DNA from: Octopus bimaculoides
Lineage: Eukaryota
Direction: 5' to 3'
DNA length: 41,821 nt
Assembly: GCF_001194135.2 (NCBI RefSeq)
Contig: NC_068988.1
Span: 58,356,923-58,398,743 of the forward strand
A program made the position numbers and the translations under genes. Below the pieces are notes generated by a model. It worked only from the letters and a program-made list of their open reading frames with translations. It was not told where the DNA came from and searched no databases. Each line of letters opens with the position of its first letter. Positions within the stretch are counted from its first letter, which is position 1. Below, piece after piece: positions 25,317 to 38,601 of this stretch.

Positions 25317-25415
25317 GTAAGAAATATTTTTAACAACAACAGATAACCGTAAAAAAGATGTAGATGTGATCACGTCTAATATATAACATACTTCATCTGT
25401 TACGCATATATTCTA

Positions 25416-25945
25416 CAGGGTGTCCCAGAATTAACTATTTCAATGAAATCGGACAATTTAAAAAAAAAACCCAGCTTTATCTATGTTTATCAGGTTTGAT
25501 ACGTGTTAAAAGTGTATAAAGTTTTAGCTTTGTTTATAATTTTATAATTCTTATAATTTTAAAATAATTTTATTTCCATTCCTGTTGGATCCCGTTTATC
25601 TATCCACGACAACTTTTTTTTCAATTTGACTGCGATCATTTTCTCTACCTCCACCTCCAGGATGGAGCAGTAGTTTAGATGCACTTGAAGAAGGCATTCA
25701 GTTAGGAGTGCAGGAGATGACTCCAAAAATGCTTCAAAATGTGTTTTGCAATGTTAAAGATAGATTTGAAATTTACAGGGATACAGACGAAGCACGTGTT
25801 GAAAATTTTCAATAAATTTTTGATGTAAAATTTATAAATCTATTTGTTTTAGTATCATAATTAAGTAATAAACATAAATTCTGTCTGTTTTTTTTTTTAA
25901 TTGCCCGATTTCATTGAAATAGATAGTAAATTCTGGAGCATCCTT
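25416..25945 (+). mobile_element. Internally deleted Tc1/mariner-superfamily element with about 75-bp imperfect TIRs and TA target duplication
   Basis: TA|CAGGGTGTCCCAGAATTAACTATTTCAATGAAATCGGACAATTT versus right-end reverse complement AAGGATGCTCCAGAATTTACTATCTATTTCAATGAAATCGGGCAATT; internal transposase C-terminus LEEGIQ..EMTPKMLQNVF.NVKDRFEIY...HVEN. Confidence 0.8.
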
Positions 25946-26789
25946 TATACTGTATTTTCTTTCTGTATATTGTGAATGGATGAACGTCCGCATGAAAAGC
26001 ATATCTGAACCCAGTCACGCACCAATTGCTAGTCTGTACAACAGCTGTCTTTTCGTTGCCTTTTCTATTGTTGGTTACTTTTGAATATCTCACCGTTGAC
26101 CCGACCCATATATTCACGCCTCTTCTTGACAAAAGACCACCTTACAGTAACTACTTCATCTTCTAGTCCTTTCAGTCCTTCTCCCAGACACTATTACTTG
26201 CTACATTTATCTCTTCTTCCCAAAGTTTACAACCCTTCTATATTCATATTTATGCAAACATTCATATCATCCGGATTCAAGGGAAGGATTGGCAGAGTCG
26301 TTAGAGCACTAGGTTAGCATATCTTGCAGTATTTGTTCCTCTTCACTGTCCTCTAATTTCAATTTTACCTTTTTTCCTCTCAGGAAGATGGGGGGCGGGC
26401 ATAAAAAAGTACCAGCTCAGCGTGGCAGATTGCTAGTACTGTGAGGACGTCTAACCGGATGCCTTGCAGTATTTGTTCCACCTCTTTGCAAGGCCTACTT
26501 GGGTGGCTACACTTAATACGTTGCCCAGTTTAACGCCGCCACCACCACCATCTGGAATGGTTTTCTTTTTCAGAGTTCATTCCTTTGCAAGCAACCGGGT
26601 CAAGACTCTAGTTTGAAGATGCGTTCTTCGTTTCCTTACACTGGTCTTGGAGGCTCTGTGAAAGATCAGGGGCGCTGCTTTCCACTTGACTAAAAGATGA
26701 AAAAAACCCCAAGACAAAACAATCCCATCTTCAGACAAGACCTAAATCTTCTATAGAAAATAAAACGTTTAAGAACCAAACTCAGAATA

Positions 26790-27243
26790 GCAAGGTTGAA
26801 AATTGGCCGAAGCTTATGATCTTCGGACGAAATAGCTCGAAGTATTTATTCTAATTCCTTGTGTACTGAGTTCAATTCCCGCCGACGTCAGCTTTACTTT
26901 TTATCCTTTTGGGTCGATAAGTTAAATACTGGCGGAATTTGAACTCAGAACGTAAGGACGGACGAAATGCCGCTGAGCATTTTTCCCGGCGTGCTAACGA
27001 TTCTGCCAGCTTGCCGCCATAACAACAATTTAATATTAGTAATGCAAAATCGTTAGCACGCCGGATAAAATGCTTAGCGCCATTTCATCCGTCTTCTCGT
27101 TCTGAGTTCAAATTCCACCGTCGTCCACTTTGCTTTTCATCCCTTCGGGGTCGATAAGATTAGTACCAGTTAAGTACTGGGGTCGATGTAATCCACCTGT
27201 CCCTTCCCCACGATCTTGTTGGCCTTGGGCTAAAATTTGAAAT
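26790..27243. mobile_element. Cluster of three SINE family C copies (+ about 26790-26920, - 26931-27018, + 27048-27243)
   Basis: Shared CGTTAGCACGCCGG..GCTTAGC..GTTCTGAGTTCAAATTCC..GGGGTCGATAA sequence in both orientations. Confidence 0.85.
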
Positions 27244-27829
27244 CAATATTACTAGCAGCAACAACAAATGTGATTCGACAACGTAAGGTGGTGAGCTGCA
27301 CCTCTGTGCTTGTATGCTTCGCTCTCTCTTTACATGTCTGTCTGTCAGCCTTTCTGTCTGTCTGTCCGTCCGTCCGTCCGTCCGTCCGTCCGTCCGTCCG
27401 TCCGTCCGTCCGTCCGTCTGTCTGTCCGTCTGTCTGTCTCTCACTCTCTCTCACCATCTCTTTTTATCCCTTCTATCCTTGGCACATATTTTGGAAGAAA
27501 ATGTTGCTAAAAACTAGTTTTCATCATGTTTTCTGTTACTGAAATCTAAGACCACAGGACGACGGAATCCTACCACCACCACCACCACCACCACCCATAA
27601 AAAAGAAGTCATTACTATATTATAGTTGACGGCACCAACTAAAATTGGTTTTGGCAGATTCTAATTTTAGTCAGCTATTGAAGAATTCTGGTTACTTAAT
27701 ACTTGTTAGCTACTACCAACTGCTAACACAACGGTTATATCTGGTAATATAACAAGCAGTGGCATCGAAAAATTCTCTTTGTCAAAGAAAAAATATCAGG
27801 AGAGGGTGAAGATAAATGTAAACAGCTTT

Positions 27830-28150
27830 CGAGTGTTGTCGAATGGTTAAGAAAGTTTGCTTTTAATCACAATGTCTCTGATTCAGTTTCACTATGTGGT
27901 ATCTCGGGAAGATGAAGGCACCTGGCCTGGTGGCTAAGATGTGCTCACGATCACAAGGTTGTGGTTACGATTCCGGGACCGGGCAGTGCGTTGTGTTCTT
28001 GAGAAAGAAAAAAACCCACTTCATTTAACGTTGTTCCACTTCACCTAGCTGTAAATGAGTGAGCCTGAACGGACTGACGTCTCTTTCAGAGGGAATGTTA
28101 TGATCTCGGTTCACTTATACGCCATAGAACCGGATAACTAGCGCTATAAG
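27830..28150 (+). mobile_element. Two adjacent decayed tRNA-type SINE heads
   Basis: AATGGTTAAGAAAG..GATTCAGTTTCACT and TGGCCTGGTGGCTAAG..GGTTACGATTCCGGG..CACCTAGCTGTAAATGAGT (A-box and B-box-like). Confidence 0.6.
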
Positions 28151-28333
28151 CCCTAAGACAATACTATCCAGGACTTGATGCTGTAGCTACTGCTTCTTGA
28201 ATAAAGCTGCTCACACCTTTTAGAGTCTAAATTGCTATTGTTGTCTTAGTAGTTTTAGCTGTAGTTTAGTCCTTATGTCTCCTTATTGAGCAAACTTATG
28301 GATATATAGGTAGTCGATCGCAATTTCGTTATT

Positions 28334-28382
<49 letters not shown>

Positions 28383-28385
28383 CGA

Positions 28386-28530
28386 AGTGGTGATGGTGGT
28401 GGAGGGGATAGCAGCAAAATGAAAGGCGAAATCAAAGGTGGTGGCGTCAGAAGTCTGAATGGTGTATGTATGGCAGTTGTGGAAGCAATGGTAGTGATAC
28501 TGGTGATGGTGATGGTTGAAAACAATCAAC

Positions 28531-28583
<53 letters not shown>

Positions 28584-28779
28584 NNNNNNNNNNNNNNNNN
28601 NNNNNNNNNNNNNNNNNNNNNNNNNNNNNNNNNNNNNNNNNNNNNNNNNNNNNNNNNNNNNNNNNNNNNNNNNNNNNNNNNNNNNNNNNNNNNNNNNNNN
28701 NNNNNNNNNNNNNNNNNNNNNNNNNNNNNNNNNNNNNNNNNAGTGATACTGGTGATGGTGATGGTTGAAAACAATCAAC

Positions 28780-28829
<50 letters not shown>

Positions 28830-29045
28830 TAGACAGAAAAAATATTGTACTGACTCCCGAATGGGAAGGCAAAAAGTGTTTATCATGCAGCTTTGCAATA
28901 AGTTCCAAGTCGACAAATTATATCATTGTTTTGATGAAAATTGTTCACTGCTTGAAAAATATTGGTCAAGTTTAATAAAATTTAATATGCACTCAATGCA
29001 TGAAGTGTCATTGTTGGACCCTGGGCCCAATGAAGAGCCCCCCCC
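28386..29045. repeat. Copy 1 of an unclassified repeat with an internal (GA)n
   Basis: Shares GGCGTCAGAAGTCTGAATGG, GGTTGAAAACAATCAACAG(AG)n and TTCCAAGTCGACAAATTAT...GGGCCCAATGAAGAGCCC with 30995-31445. Confidence 0.88.
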
Positions 29046-29454
29046 CACAAGAGCTAGCATAAAGCCGCCCGATAGGGTGGCTTTTAAGCTACTTTACTAT
29101 ATATCTGTACTACAAGTCTATATCTATATCCCACTCTACTGCAAGCGCATACCAAATTATCCTCGCCCGCCAAACACAAATGTCATGACTAAAAATTCTT
29201 GCTTCACAAAATTGCATTCTGTAATAGATAGCATTAAACCATTGTTTATATTAAACCAGTTTAATTCTTCCTGTTCAGTCTAGATAAAACCATGTCTGCT
29301 CCATCAGTAGGTTTATGCTTATGTTCACCCTTCTACAGAAACCACGCCCACTCATATGTACGGTCTTACTTTAACCAACATATGCATAAACGGTCATACA
29401 CGCCATGGGGAATAAGCGAAGTATGTGAACATATATGTGTGTAGTGAGTGTGTT

Positions 29455-29537
<83 letters not shown>

Positions 29538-30124
29538 NNNNNNNNNNNNNNNNNNNNNNNNNNNNNNNNNNNNNNNNNNNNNNNNNNNNNNNNNNNNNNN
29601 NNNNNNNNNNNNNNNNNNNNNNNNNNNNNNNNNNNNNNNNNNNNNNNNNNNNNNNNNNNNNNNNNNNNNNNNNNNNNNNNNNNNNNNNNNNNNNNNNNNN
29701 NNNNNNNNNNNNNNNNNNNNNNNNNNNNNNNNNNNNNNNNNNNNNNNNNNNNNNNNNNNNNNNNNNNNNNNNNNNNNNNNNNNNNNNNNNNNNNNNNNNN
29801 NNNNNNNNNNNNNNNNNNNNNNNNNNNNNNNNNNNNNNNNNNNNNNNNNNNNNNNNNNNNNNNNNNNNNNNNNNNNNNNNNNNNNNNNNNNNNNNNNNNN
29901 NNNNNNNNNNNNNNNNNNNNNNNNNNNNNNNNNNNNNNNNNNNNNNNNNNNNNNNNNNNNNNNNNNNNNNNNNNNNNNNNNNNNNNNNNNNNNNNNNNNN
30001 NNNNNNNNNNNNNNNNNNNNNNNNNNNNNNNNNNNNNNNNNNNNNNNNNNNNNNNNNNNNNNNNNNNNNNNNNNNATATAAAATATATAAACACTCACAC
30101 ACACACACATAGATAGATAGATAA

Positions 30125-30620
30125 ATGATTTTGATGACTGCTGAATAAGTGACAATCAGACGGGGTAATGGGGGTTGGACATCGTTTCCCATTCAAACTA
30201 CGCCAGCCTTTGGAATGTCATCCTCGCTGTATGTGGCCGAGCCTTCTATTGGTGGAAGAACACCTTTCGTCTTGAAACCAGAGATAGTCATTTTTTCTTC
30301 TAGCGCTAACTTGGATGACTGGTTGAATGACCAAATCCAAGCTTCTCCGTTAGTTCCCCAACAGTTACGATAGTATTTTGTTCCACCAGGTTTTGCAGGA
30401 CGTCCTTGTCGAGCTCTACAGATCTTTCAGGACGAGGCTTGTCTTCTAGGTTGTAGTTTCCGGCTCGGAATTTCTGGAGCCACTGTTGACACTGGCTTAC
30501 GCTTATTGTCCGATCCGCATATACTGCATTAATATTCCTCGCACTTTCCGATGTCTTGTGGCCTTTATTGAACTCATGAATCAAAATATGCCGAATATGC
30601 TCCTTCAATGACACTCCTAC
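30125..30620 (-). mobile_element. mariner (Mos1/Hsmar-like) transposase remnant with a large internal deletion
   Basis: MSLKEHIRHILIHEFNKGHKTSESARNINAVY..QKFRAGNYNLEDKPRPERS.. joined near 30310 to RRKVFFHQ*KARPHTARMT..FEWETMSNPHY (HQDNARPH and HPPYSPDL region). Confidence 0.9.
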
Positions 30621-30994
30621 TATTCCTCATGAGGGAGTGAGAGTAATAGTAGGCATAGAGACGGTGAGGATGGTGGCGAAGACAGAGAGATAGAGATAGA
30701 TATAGAGAGAAAGAAAAAGAAAAGGAGAGAAAGAGTGAGATAAAGAAATTTAGGGAGAGTTCATGTTTTTCTAAAAGTAGTAGTGTTGATGGTGGCAGTA
30801 GGAGTAATAATAAGAGAGAAAACATGAATATGTAAGAGAAAGGGGGACTGAACACTGAAGTAACATGCTGAATAACATTCTAAACAAATACATGCATTTA
30901 GTCTTTTTGTGATAGTAATGGGGTGATAATAATAGTATGTGCTGTAGTTGTGATAGAGGCGGCGGTGATGACGGTGAGAGTAAACGATATGAAA

Positions 30995-31445
<451 letters not shown>

Positions 31446-31531
31446 CGCAGGAGCTAGCTTATAAGCTGCCCTGTATCTGTGTTTGTACCCCCACCCCTCC
31501 ACCATCGCTGATTTATACGTAGGTAGATGAT

Positions 31532-31567
<36 letters not shown>

Positions 31568-32150
31568 AACTATGTTTATTTCTCTCGTTTTTGAAACAGC
31601 AGCAAAATCGGAAGCATGTGTATGTGGGAAGTACGTAAAAAAACAGTTTTAAATTGAAAATTGTAAAGAGAGAAGAAAAAGAGAAGAAAGAGGTAGAGAT
31701 GCAGTGAGAGAGGGAGAGAGAAGTGGGGAGAGTGAGGGAGAGAGAGAGAGAGAGAGAAGTGGAAAGAGTGAGGGAGAGAGAGAGAAGTAAGAGAGAGAGG
31801 GAGAGTAGAGAGAGGTGGAGAAAAGAATGTAGATGAGAGGAAGGAAGTGTTGAGTGATTGAAATGTATGAGAAGTAAGACAAGCATTGGTAAAAGAAGAC
31901 ACAGATATAAAAAGATGGTGGCGCGGGTTGGTGATAAAGGGGGAAGGAATGTATAAAGGAGGGGTATAGCTGAATGAAAAGAGGGAGAGACAGAGAGAGA
32001 GGGGGAGAGAGGGGGAGAGGAGGAAGTAGTAGTTTGAGATCGACAAAGAAGAAAAAGAGAGTAATCTAGCTATATATTTGTCTAAATACATCACTCTACA
32101 GCTATACTTGTACATTATGCCTGTATATACATACACACATACACACACAG

Positions 32151-32234
<84 letters not shown>

Positions 32235-32559
32235 TATAAAGATACAGGAAGAGTGAAACAAGTAGAATTAGAGAGAGAGAGAGATAGAGAGATAGAGAGA
32301 GAGAGGGAGGTTAAGACTAAGAATATTTACATAAATTCACTTATGTCCCAGATACTGACATTGTAAACACCTATTTTCGTTCGCATGTCTGAATAAAAAT
32401 GAAGCTGTAGTCAGGCTCCACCACGTGTGTGCGTGTGCGTATATGCGTGTGTAGGTATGTGTGTGCCTGTGTGGAGAGCCGACATGGCTGAACAATTAAG
32501 TGACTTACAATATAATCAAGTGGATTTAATGTTCGATTCCACTGTGTGTCATTCAGGCA

Positions 32560-32718
32560 ATGCATGGCTGTGTGTTTAAGACGCTCGTTTTGCAGCTACG
32601 CAAACTCGAGTTCAGTCCCACTAAGCAGTACGATGGACAAGTGTGTTCTACTATAGCTTCTGACCAAACGATGCTTTGTGAATACACTTGATTGACGCAA
32701 ATTGAAGGGTGCTCGTCT

Positions 32719-32720
<2 letters not shown>
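32560..32720 (+). mobile_element. tRNA-type SINE, family A head followed by (TA)n
   Basis: GCATGGCTGTGTGTTTAAG..GAGTTCAGTCCCACT..CAAGTGTGTTCTACTATAGC. Confidence 0.8.
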
Positions 32721-32759
<39 letters not shown>

Positions 32760-32790
32760 CAAAATAAGCAACACGGATTTTAAAGATGAT

Positions 32791-32878
32791 TGCAGTACGC
32801 ACGTTTCATGCTACTCCATTTATTCAAGTAATGCGAGCATTACATTAAATGCAATATGTAGAGCAATCTTCAGCTGCA
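32791..32878 (-). ncRNA. Type I hammerhead ribozyme motif (long stem II variant), apparently intact
   Basis: UGCAG-CUGAAGA-U-UGCUCU...AGUAGCA-U-GAAA-CGUGCG-UA^CUGCA; perfect 5-bp stem I; 7-bp hairpin GUAAUGC/GCAUUAC inside loop II. Confidence 0.82.
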
Positions 32879-33256
32879 CAAAAATGTAGAAAATTACAGT
32901 AGAATAGACATATTATAATTGTGGTAACATTTAAAAATCCAAGTGGGAAGAAGAATACATAAAAAATCCATCTCGACATAGCCAAGGCTATCAGGCTAGT
33001 CTATATATAGGTAGGAATGGAGAATAAATTTCAAAGGTCAAATCAAATTAAATCACTACACATCATAGGTATGTTCTTATACAATATCAATTCAAGTACA
33101 AATATACAAATCATGAAAGCGTATAATACATAAATGTACCTGCATTAAAATATTTGGTGTTAAACATTCTAATTTTACGAATTGATGACGAGGTTAGAAG
33201 GTAGGAATCCAAGGAGCGGAGGTATACAATGAATTAAGATGAATCTTTAGTGAGTA

Positions 33257-33351
33257 AATATTCTTACGATCGTTTCGAAAAATTGTGATTTGAAATGGGC
33301 GAGTTTTCTATCCATGACAATTGACAACATTTCTCTCATCAGAGGAACATT
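33257..33351 (-). ncRNA. Type I hammerhead ribozyme motif, apparently intact
   Basis: AAUGUU(C)CU-CUGAUGA-GAGAAA...UUUUUC-GAAA-CGAUCG-UA^AGAAUAUU; G10.1-C11.1; ACGAUCGU perfect palindrome; 8-bp stem I with a 1-nt bulge. Confidence 0.82.
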
Positions 33352-34399
33352 AAAGATTTAAAAGAGTTCAAAATATTTTATAATTTCGAAACATAAAAGC
33401 ATTTTAAGATNNNNNNNNNNNNNNNNNNNNNNNNNNNNNNNNNNNNNNNNNNNNNNNNNNNNNNNNNNNNNNNNNNNNNNNNNNNNNNNNNNNNNNNNNN
33501 NNNNNNNNNNNNNNNNNNNNNNNNNNNNNNNNNNNNNNNNNNNNNNNNNNNNNNNNNNNNNNNNNNNNNNNNNNNNNNNNNNNNNNNNNNNNNNNNNNNN
33601 NNNNNNNNNNNNNNNNNNNNNNNNNNNNNNNNNNNNNNNNNNNNNNNNNNNNNNNNNNNNNNNNNNNNNNNNNNNNNNNNNNNNNNNNNNNNNNNNNNNN
33701 NNNNNNNNNNNNNNNNNNNNNNNNNNNNNNNNNNNNNNNNNNNNNNNNNNNNNNNNNNNNNNNNNNNNNNNNNNNNNNNNNNNNNNNNNNNNNNNNNNNN
33801 NNNNNNNNNNNNNNNNNNNNNNNNNNNNNNNNNNNNNNNNNNNNNNNNNNNNNNNNNNNNNNNNNNNNNNNNNNNNNNNNNNNNNNNNNNNNNNNNNNNN
33901 NNNNNNNNNNNNNNNNNNNNNNNNNNNNNNNNNNNNNNNNNNNNNNNNNNNNNNNNNNNNNNNNNNNNNNNNNNNNNNNNNNNNNNNNNNNNNNNNNNNN
34001 NNNNNNNNNNNNNNNNNNNNNNNNNNNNNNNNNNNNNNNNNNNNNNNNNNNNNNNNNNNNNNNNNNNNNNNNNNNNNNNNNNNNNNNNNNNNNNNNNNNN
34101 NNNNNNNNNNNNNNNNNNNNNNNNNNNNNNNNNNNNNNNNNNNNNNNNNNNNNNNNNNNNNNNNNNNNNNNNNNNNNNNNNNNNNNNNNNNNNNNNNNNN
34201 NNNNNNNNNNNNNNNNNNNNNNNNNNNNNNNNNNNNNNNNNNNNNNNNNNNNNNNNNNNNNNNNNNNNNNNNNNNNNNNNNNNNNNNNNNNNNNNNNNNN
34301 NNNNNNNNNNNNNNNNNNNNNNNNNNNNNNNNNNNNNNNNNNNNNNNNNNNNNNNNNNNNNNNNNNNNNNNNNNNNNNNNNNNNNNNNNNNNNNAATGG

Positions 34400-34630
34400 T
34401 TTCAGCTAGAGGCTGGGGGCCTTGCCGGAACAGCCCCTTTCAGTGTTTTTGATTCTCCTTTCGGTACTGTTTTGGTGAAGAAGCGAGCTGGACGAAGTTG
34501 CTCTTCTTTGTATCTCCTGCCGTGATGAGGGTCCATCTGGGATTTCAGGTAGAAATTTGTCCAGGTGCTTTTTGAAGGCTTTCACATTTACACTTCGCAG
34601 ATCTCTGAGGTTCTTTGGGAGGCTGTTAAA
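34400..34630 (-). mobile_element. CR1/L2-group LINE ORF2 extreme C-terminus
   Basis: IFNSLPKNLRDLRSVNVKAFKKHLDKFLPEIPDGP...RRATSSSSLLHQ resembles the FNxLP..FKxxLDxFL..PDxP tail of these LINEs. Confidence 0.75.
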
Positions 34631-36694
34631 TATGTGTGTAAGTGTGTATGTGTGTGTGTATATGTGTATGTGTGCGTTTGTTTGTGTATGATGCATGCAT
34701 GTATATATGTGTCACTTTGTTTATATTTGTTCTCCACCATCGCTCAACCTTAGTGGTTCGGAAAAATTATGAGTACCATAAAAAAGGTACTTTTTCTGTG
34801 GTACTCATATTGTCGTAATAAAATGGTACTCATATTGTTGTAATAAAAGAGTCAGTTTGAGTAAAATCCATCAAAGCGTTGCTATGGCATGGCCGCAGTC
34901 TAATGACTGAAACAAGTAAAAATAAAAGATTAGTAATGTAATCAAATGAAAAAAAAATTTTAATGGATTACACGTTGCCCTTTAGAAGGCCTCCGAAATT
35001 TGTTTGAGGAAGATATCCTCATACTGAAAACCTTGCCCGAATACTTAGAACAGAGTGTACTCCAATAAAGCATTCAATGTTCTAGGTTATGGTGTTAAAC
35101 TTAATGATAGACTAAATCTAAAAATTTGTTATTGGGAAAGCCAAAACCAATTTGCTTAATGTCATAAAAAATGCGAGTAATGAAAAAGTCCTCACAATCT
35201 ATTAATTTCATGTAATTTACTGTCTATCTTGGCCTTGATGCAAAGAAATTACACTTGAAAACCGAGGAATAAATCCAGTCAGCTTGGCTCGAAAGTCATC
35301 TCGTTAACTTATGTTGAGATATCTTCGTTTCTAAGTCAATATATCTGTAATAATAAAGACATATTCAATCAAATATTTTGCTGGAAAGGGCAAAAGCTAA
35401 TTTGTTATATGTTGGGAGGGTCATTATGCTAAGAATAAACTCACGCACAAATTATATTTCTCTTCTTTATATTATTTATTTTTTGTCAGTAGCTTAGCTA
35501 TTTAACTACTTAAGTAATCAGTTGTTTCAGTAATCATTCGGTTAATCAAACAGTCAGGTTTGTCAAAGTCTTTTCGTCGCCAACCATGACCTCTTCAATG
35601 TCGTGCTCTCTAAATAATTGATTGATTGATCAAATAATCCATTTAGTTAATTGGTTAAATAGTTATCCGTCTGTTAAATAAATAATACAAAAGTGAAATA
35701 GAACTAATCTGCGTGTTTATTAATTTGCACTATTCGGAAACAACTTGAGAATTCAGCTATACGAAGTATTGATTTGAAGCATGGATCGGCTTGACACCGT
35801 CATTGTTTTCCATGCTCATTAGTTAGTTTATCGATCGTTACTTCGTTGATTAGGTTCCAGGTTAGCCAGGTAGTTATTATTTTCTCACTTAAGGAGAAAT
35901 GGCTGAAAAATCCAAGAAGGCAAGTTCTCATAGTTCAGATTACTGAAGCAATCGTTCGGGACAGGAAGGAGATTGAAGAGGTGTTTTTAGATTATTTGTA
36001 AGACATTTTGCGATGATTGTGTTTACGGAGATTTATGAAGTGAAAGGGGTTATTTCTCAAATTGAGGACCATCCCTCCAAAATATATACGTATGTATTAC
36101 ACACACACACACACACACACGCAGACAAGCATTCTCTTACAAACCCATACACTTGTTACTATATACCTATCTATTTTACTTCGTGTTAAGTTTTCTCTGT
36201 GTCGAAGTGTACATCTGTTTACGCACATATATAACATACACGAGTCGCTGAACAAACGAAAGTAGCATTGAGCACATTTAGTTGGAGCTGAAAACATTTA
36301 ATGAGATAGTGAAAAAGTCACGTGGTTACATTAACTAGTATCAATATTTTTTTTCATTTTATGCTCCACGTGGTAGGGTAGATATGATGTTGGTACCAGC
36401 TGATTGATCGTTTCTGGAGCATGACATTTCATCGACAACACTTACCATATGGGTAGAAATCTTGTTTGATGGGGTCGGTCTTACATATTCGTTTGTGTAA
36501 CCAGAAGCATGGCAACGTTGGATAAATATTGACTCAGTTGGTCACAGGTGGCCACAGTTCCTGAATAAGAAATAATTCCACTACGGACTGAGGGATTCTA
36601 TGCTTCTATATCTATATATCCGTCTCCCTCCTTTTTCTTTATACATACATAAATATATACAAATACCGACATACATATTTACACACACACACAC

Positions 36695-36731
<37 letters not shown>

Positions 36732-37027
36732 TACACACACACACACATACACACACACACACACAGATACACACACACACACACATATATGTGGAGACCG
36801 ATTGATAGATAGATTTATAAATAAATAGATAGNNNNNNNNNNNNNNNNNNNNNNNNNNNNNNNNNNNNNNNNNNNNNNNNNNNNNNNNNNNNNNNNNNNN
36901 NNNNNNNNNNNNNNNNNNNNNNNNNNNNNNNNNNNNNNNNNNNNNNNNNNNNNNNNNNNNNNNNNNNNNNNNNNNNNNNNNNNNNNNNNNNNNNNNNNNN
37001 NNNNNNNNNNNNNNNNNNNNNNNNNNN

Positions 37028-37091
<64 letters not shown>

Positions 37092-37323
37092 GCTGCAATA
37101 AGTGTGTGAATCTAAGAGGGGAATATGTTGAATAAAATCATAATTAACTGAACCTCTTGTATTTTCTTTTACCGAAATCCAGGAACTTTTCAGCATCCCC
37201 TCGCATGTGCGAGTGCGCGCGTGCGTGTGTTTGTGCATTTGTGTGTAAGCATGTTTTGTGAAATTTTGTAAATAACTTCATCGATTCTCAACCGAAAACA
37301 TTGTTTCCGATTTTTCTTTATAG

Positions 37324-37425
37324 GGACATACGAAAAGATTTAGAGGAACATTCCCCAAAATGAATTTTCTTGCCTGGTTAGACGCCAACAATCTGTTCAG
37401 AACGATGGATAAGATGGCGGAGGAG
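37324..37425 (+). CDS. MAO: Monoamine oxidase exon equivalent to vertebrate exon 4
   Basis: ttttctttatag|GGA...GAG|gtaagt; 102 bp, phase 0 to 0; GHTKRFRGTFPKMNFLAWLDANNLFRTMDKMAEE versus MAOB [35 protein letters not shown]. Confidence 0.95.
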
Positions 37426-37467
37426 GTAAGTAAGCTACATGTCTTTCCCTCTTATTTATTTATTTAT

Positions 37468-37639
37468 TTATTTATTTACGTATTTCATTTCCTGTTTTTG
37501 ATATCATCGTTTACCTATCACCTCGTAATGGCGAGTCTCTTGCTGTTGAGCCCGTGCATCGTCGAACATATGCAATAACTGAATAGTTCCTTCTGTCTGT
37601 CTGTCTGCTTGTCTATCTGTCTGTTTGTCTGCCTCCCTG

Positions 37640-37736
<97 letters not shown>

Positions 37737-38108
37737 TTTTCGTTTCTACCGATTCCTTTTGATCGGATATTTTTTTAAAGAAAAGCTCTGCAGTTGTATT
37801 TGTCCCCTCTGTGTGCAGCCCTGTGTGACTAATAAAAGAAAGTTATCTATCTATTTCAGGAATTAAACTCAGAGGTAAAATGCATGTCTAAGTATTCACA
37901 TGATCGCAAACGTTGTCTGTCTCTAAGCCTTTTTCGCATTAGTCGTAACATGTCACGTGATGGATATTAGTGCAGGTTACTGATGTGAGACACGTGTATT
38001 ACACGAATGTAAGGGAAGCAACGACACTGATATAAAATTTGTTTAGCAACAGAATAAGTTATGCATATTCATTTCTTAGGTACTTTTTCGATGCCTAAGC
38101 GATATATG

Positions 38109-38139
<31 letters not shown>

Positions 38140-38370
38140 NNNNNNNNNNNNNNNNNNNNNNNNNNNNNNNNNNNNNNNNNNNNNNNNNNNNNNNNNNNNN
38201 NNNNNNNNNNNNNNNNNNNNNNNNNNNNNNNNNNNNNNNNNNNNNNNNNNNNNNNNNNNNNNNNNNNNNNNNNNNNNNNNNNNNNNNNNNNNNNNNNNNN
38301 NNNNNNNNNNNNNNNNNNNNNNNNNNNNTATATATATAAAGTGTAGTATATTGCCACTTAAGTGTGGCTG

Positions 38371-38429
<59 letters not shown>

Positions 38430-38601
38430 CAGGGAGGCAGACAAACAGACAGATAGACAAGCAGACAGACAGACAGAAGGAACTATTCAGTTATTGCATA
38501 TGTTCGACGATGCACGGGCTCAACAGCAAGAGACTCGCCATTACGAGGTGATAGGTAAACGATGATATCAAAAACAGGAAATGAAATACGTAAATAAATA
38601 A
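37468..38601. repeat. Perfect inverted repeat, arms about 37468-37698 and 38371-38601, in MAO intron 4
   Basis: About 170 bp of unique sequence plus (CTAT)n are exact reverse complements; an N-gap (38140-38328) lies between the arms. Confidence 0.92.

Noticed and set aside
28490-28826. Identical GTGATACTGG...CAACAGAAAGAGAG on both sides of the gap 28584-28741
   Set aside because: Typical overlap of contig ends across a false gap, not a real tandem duplication.
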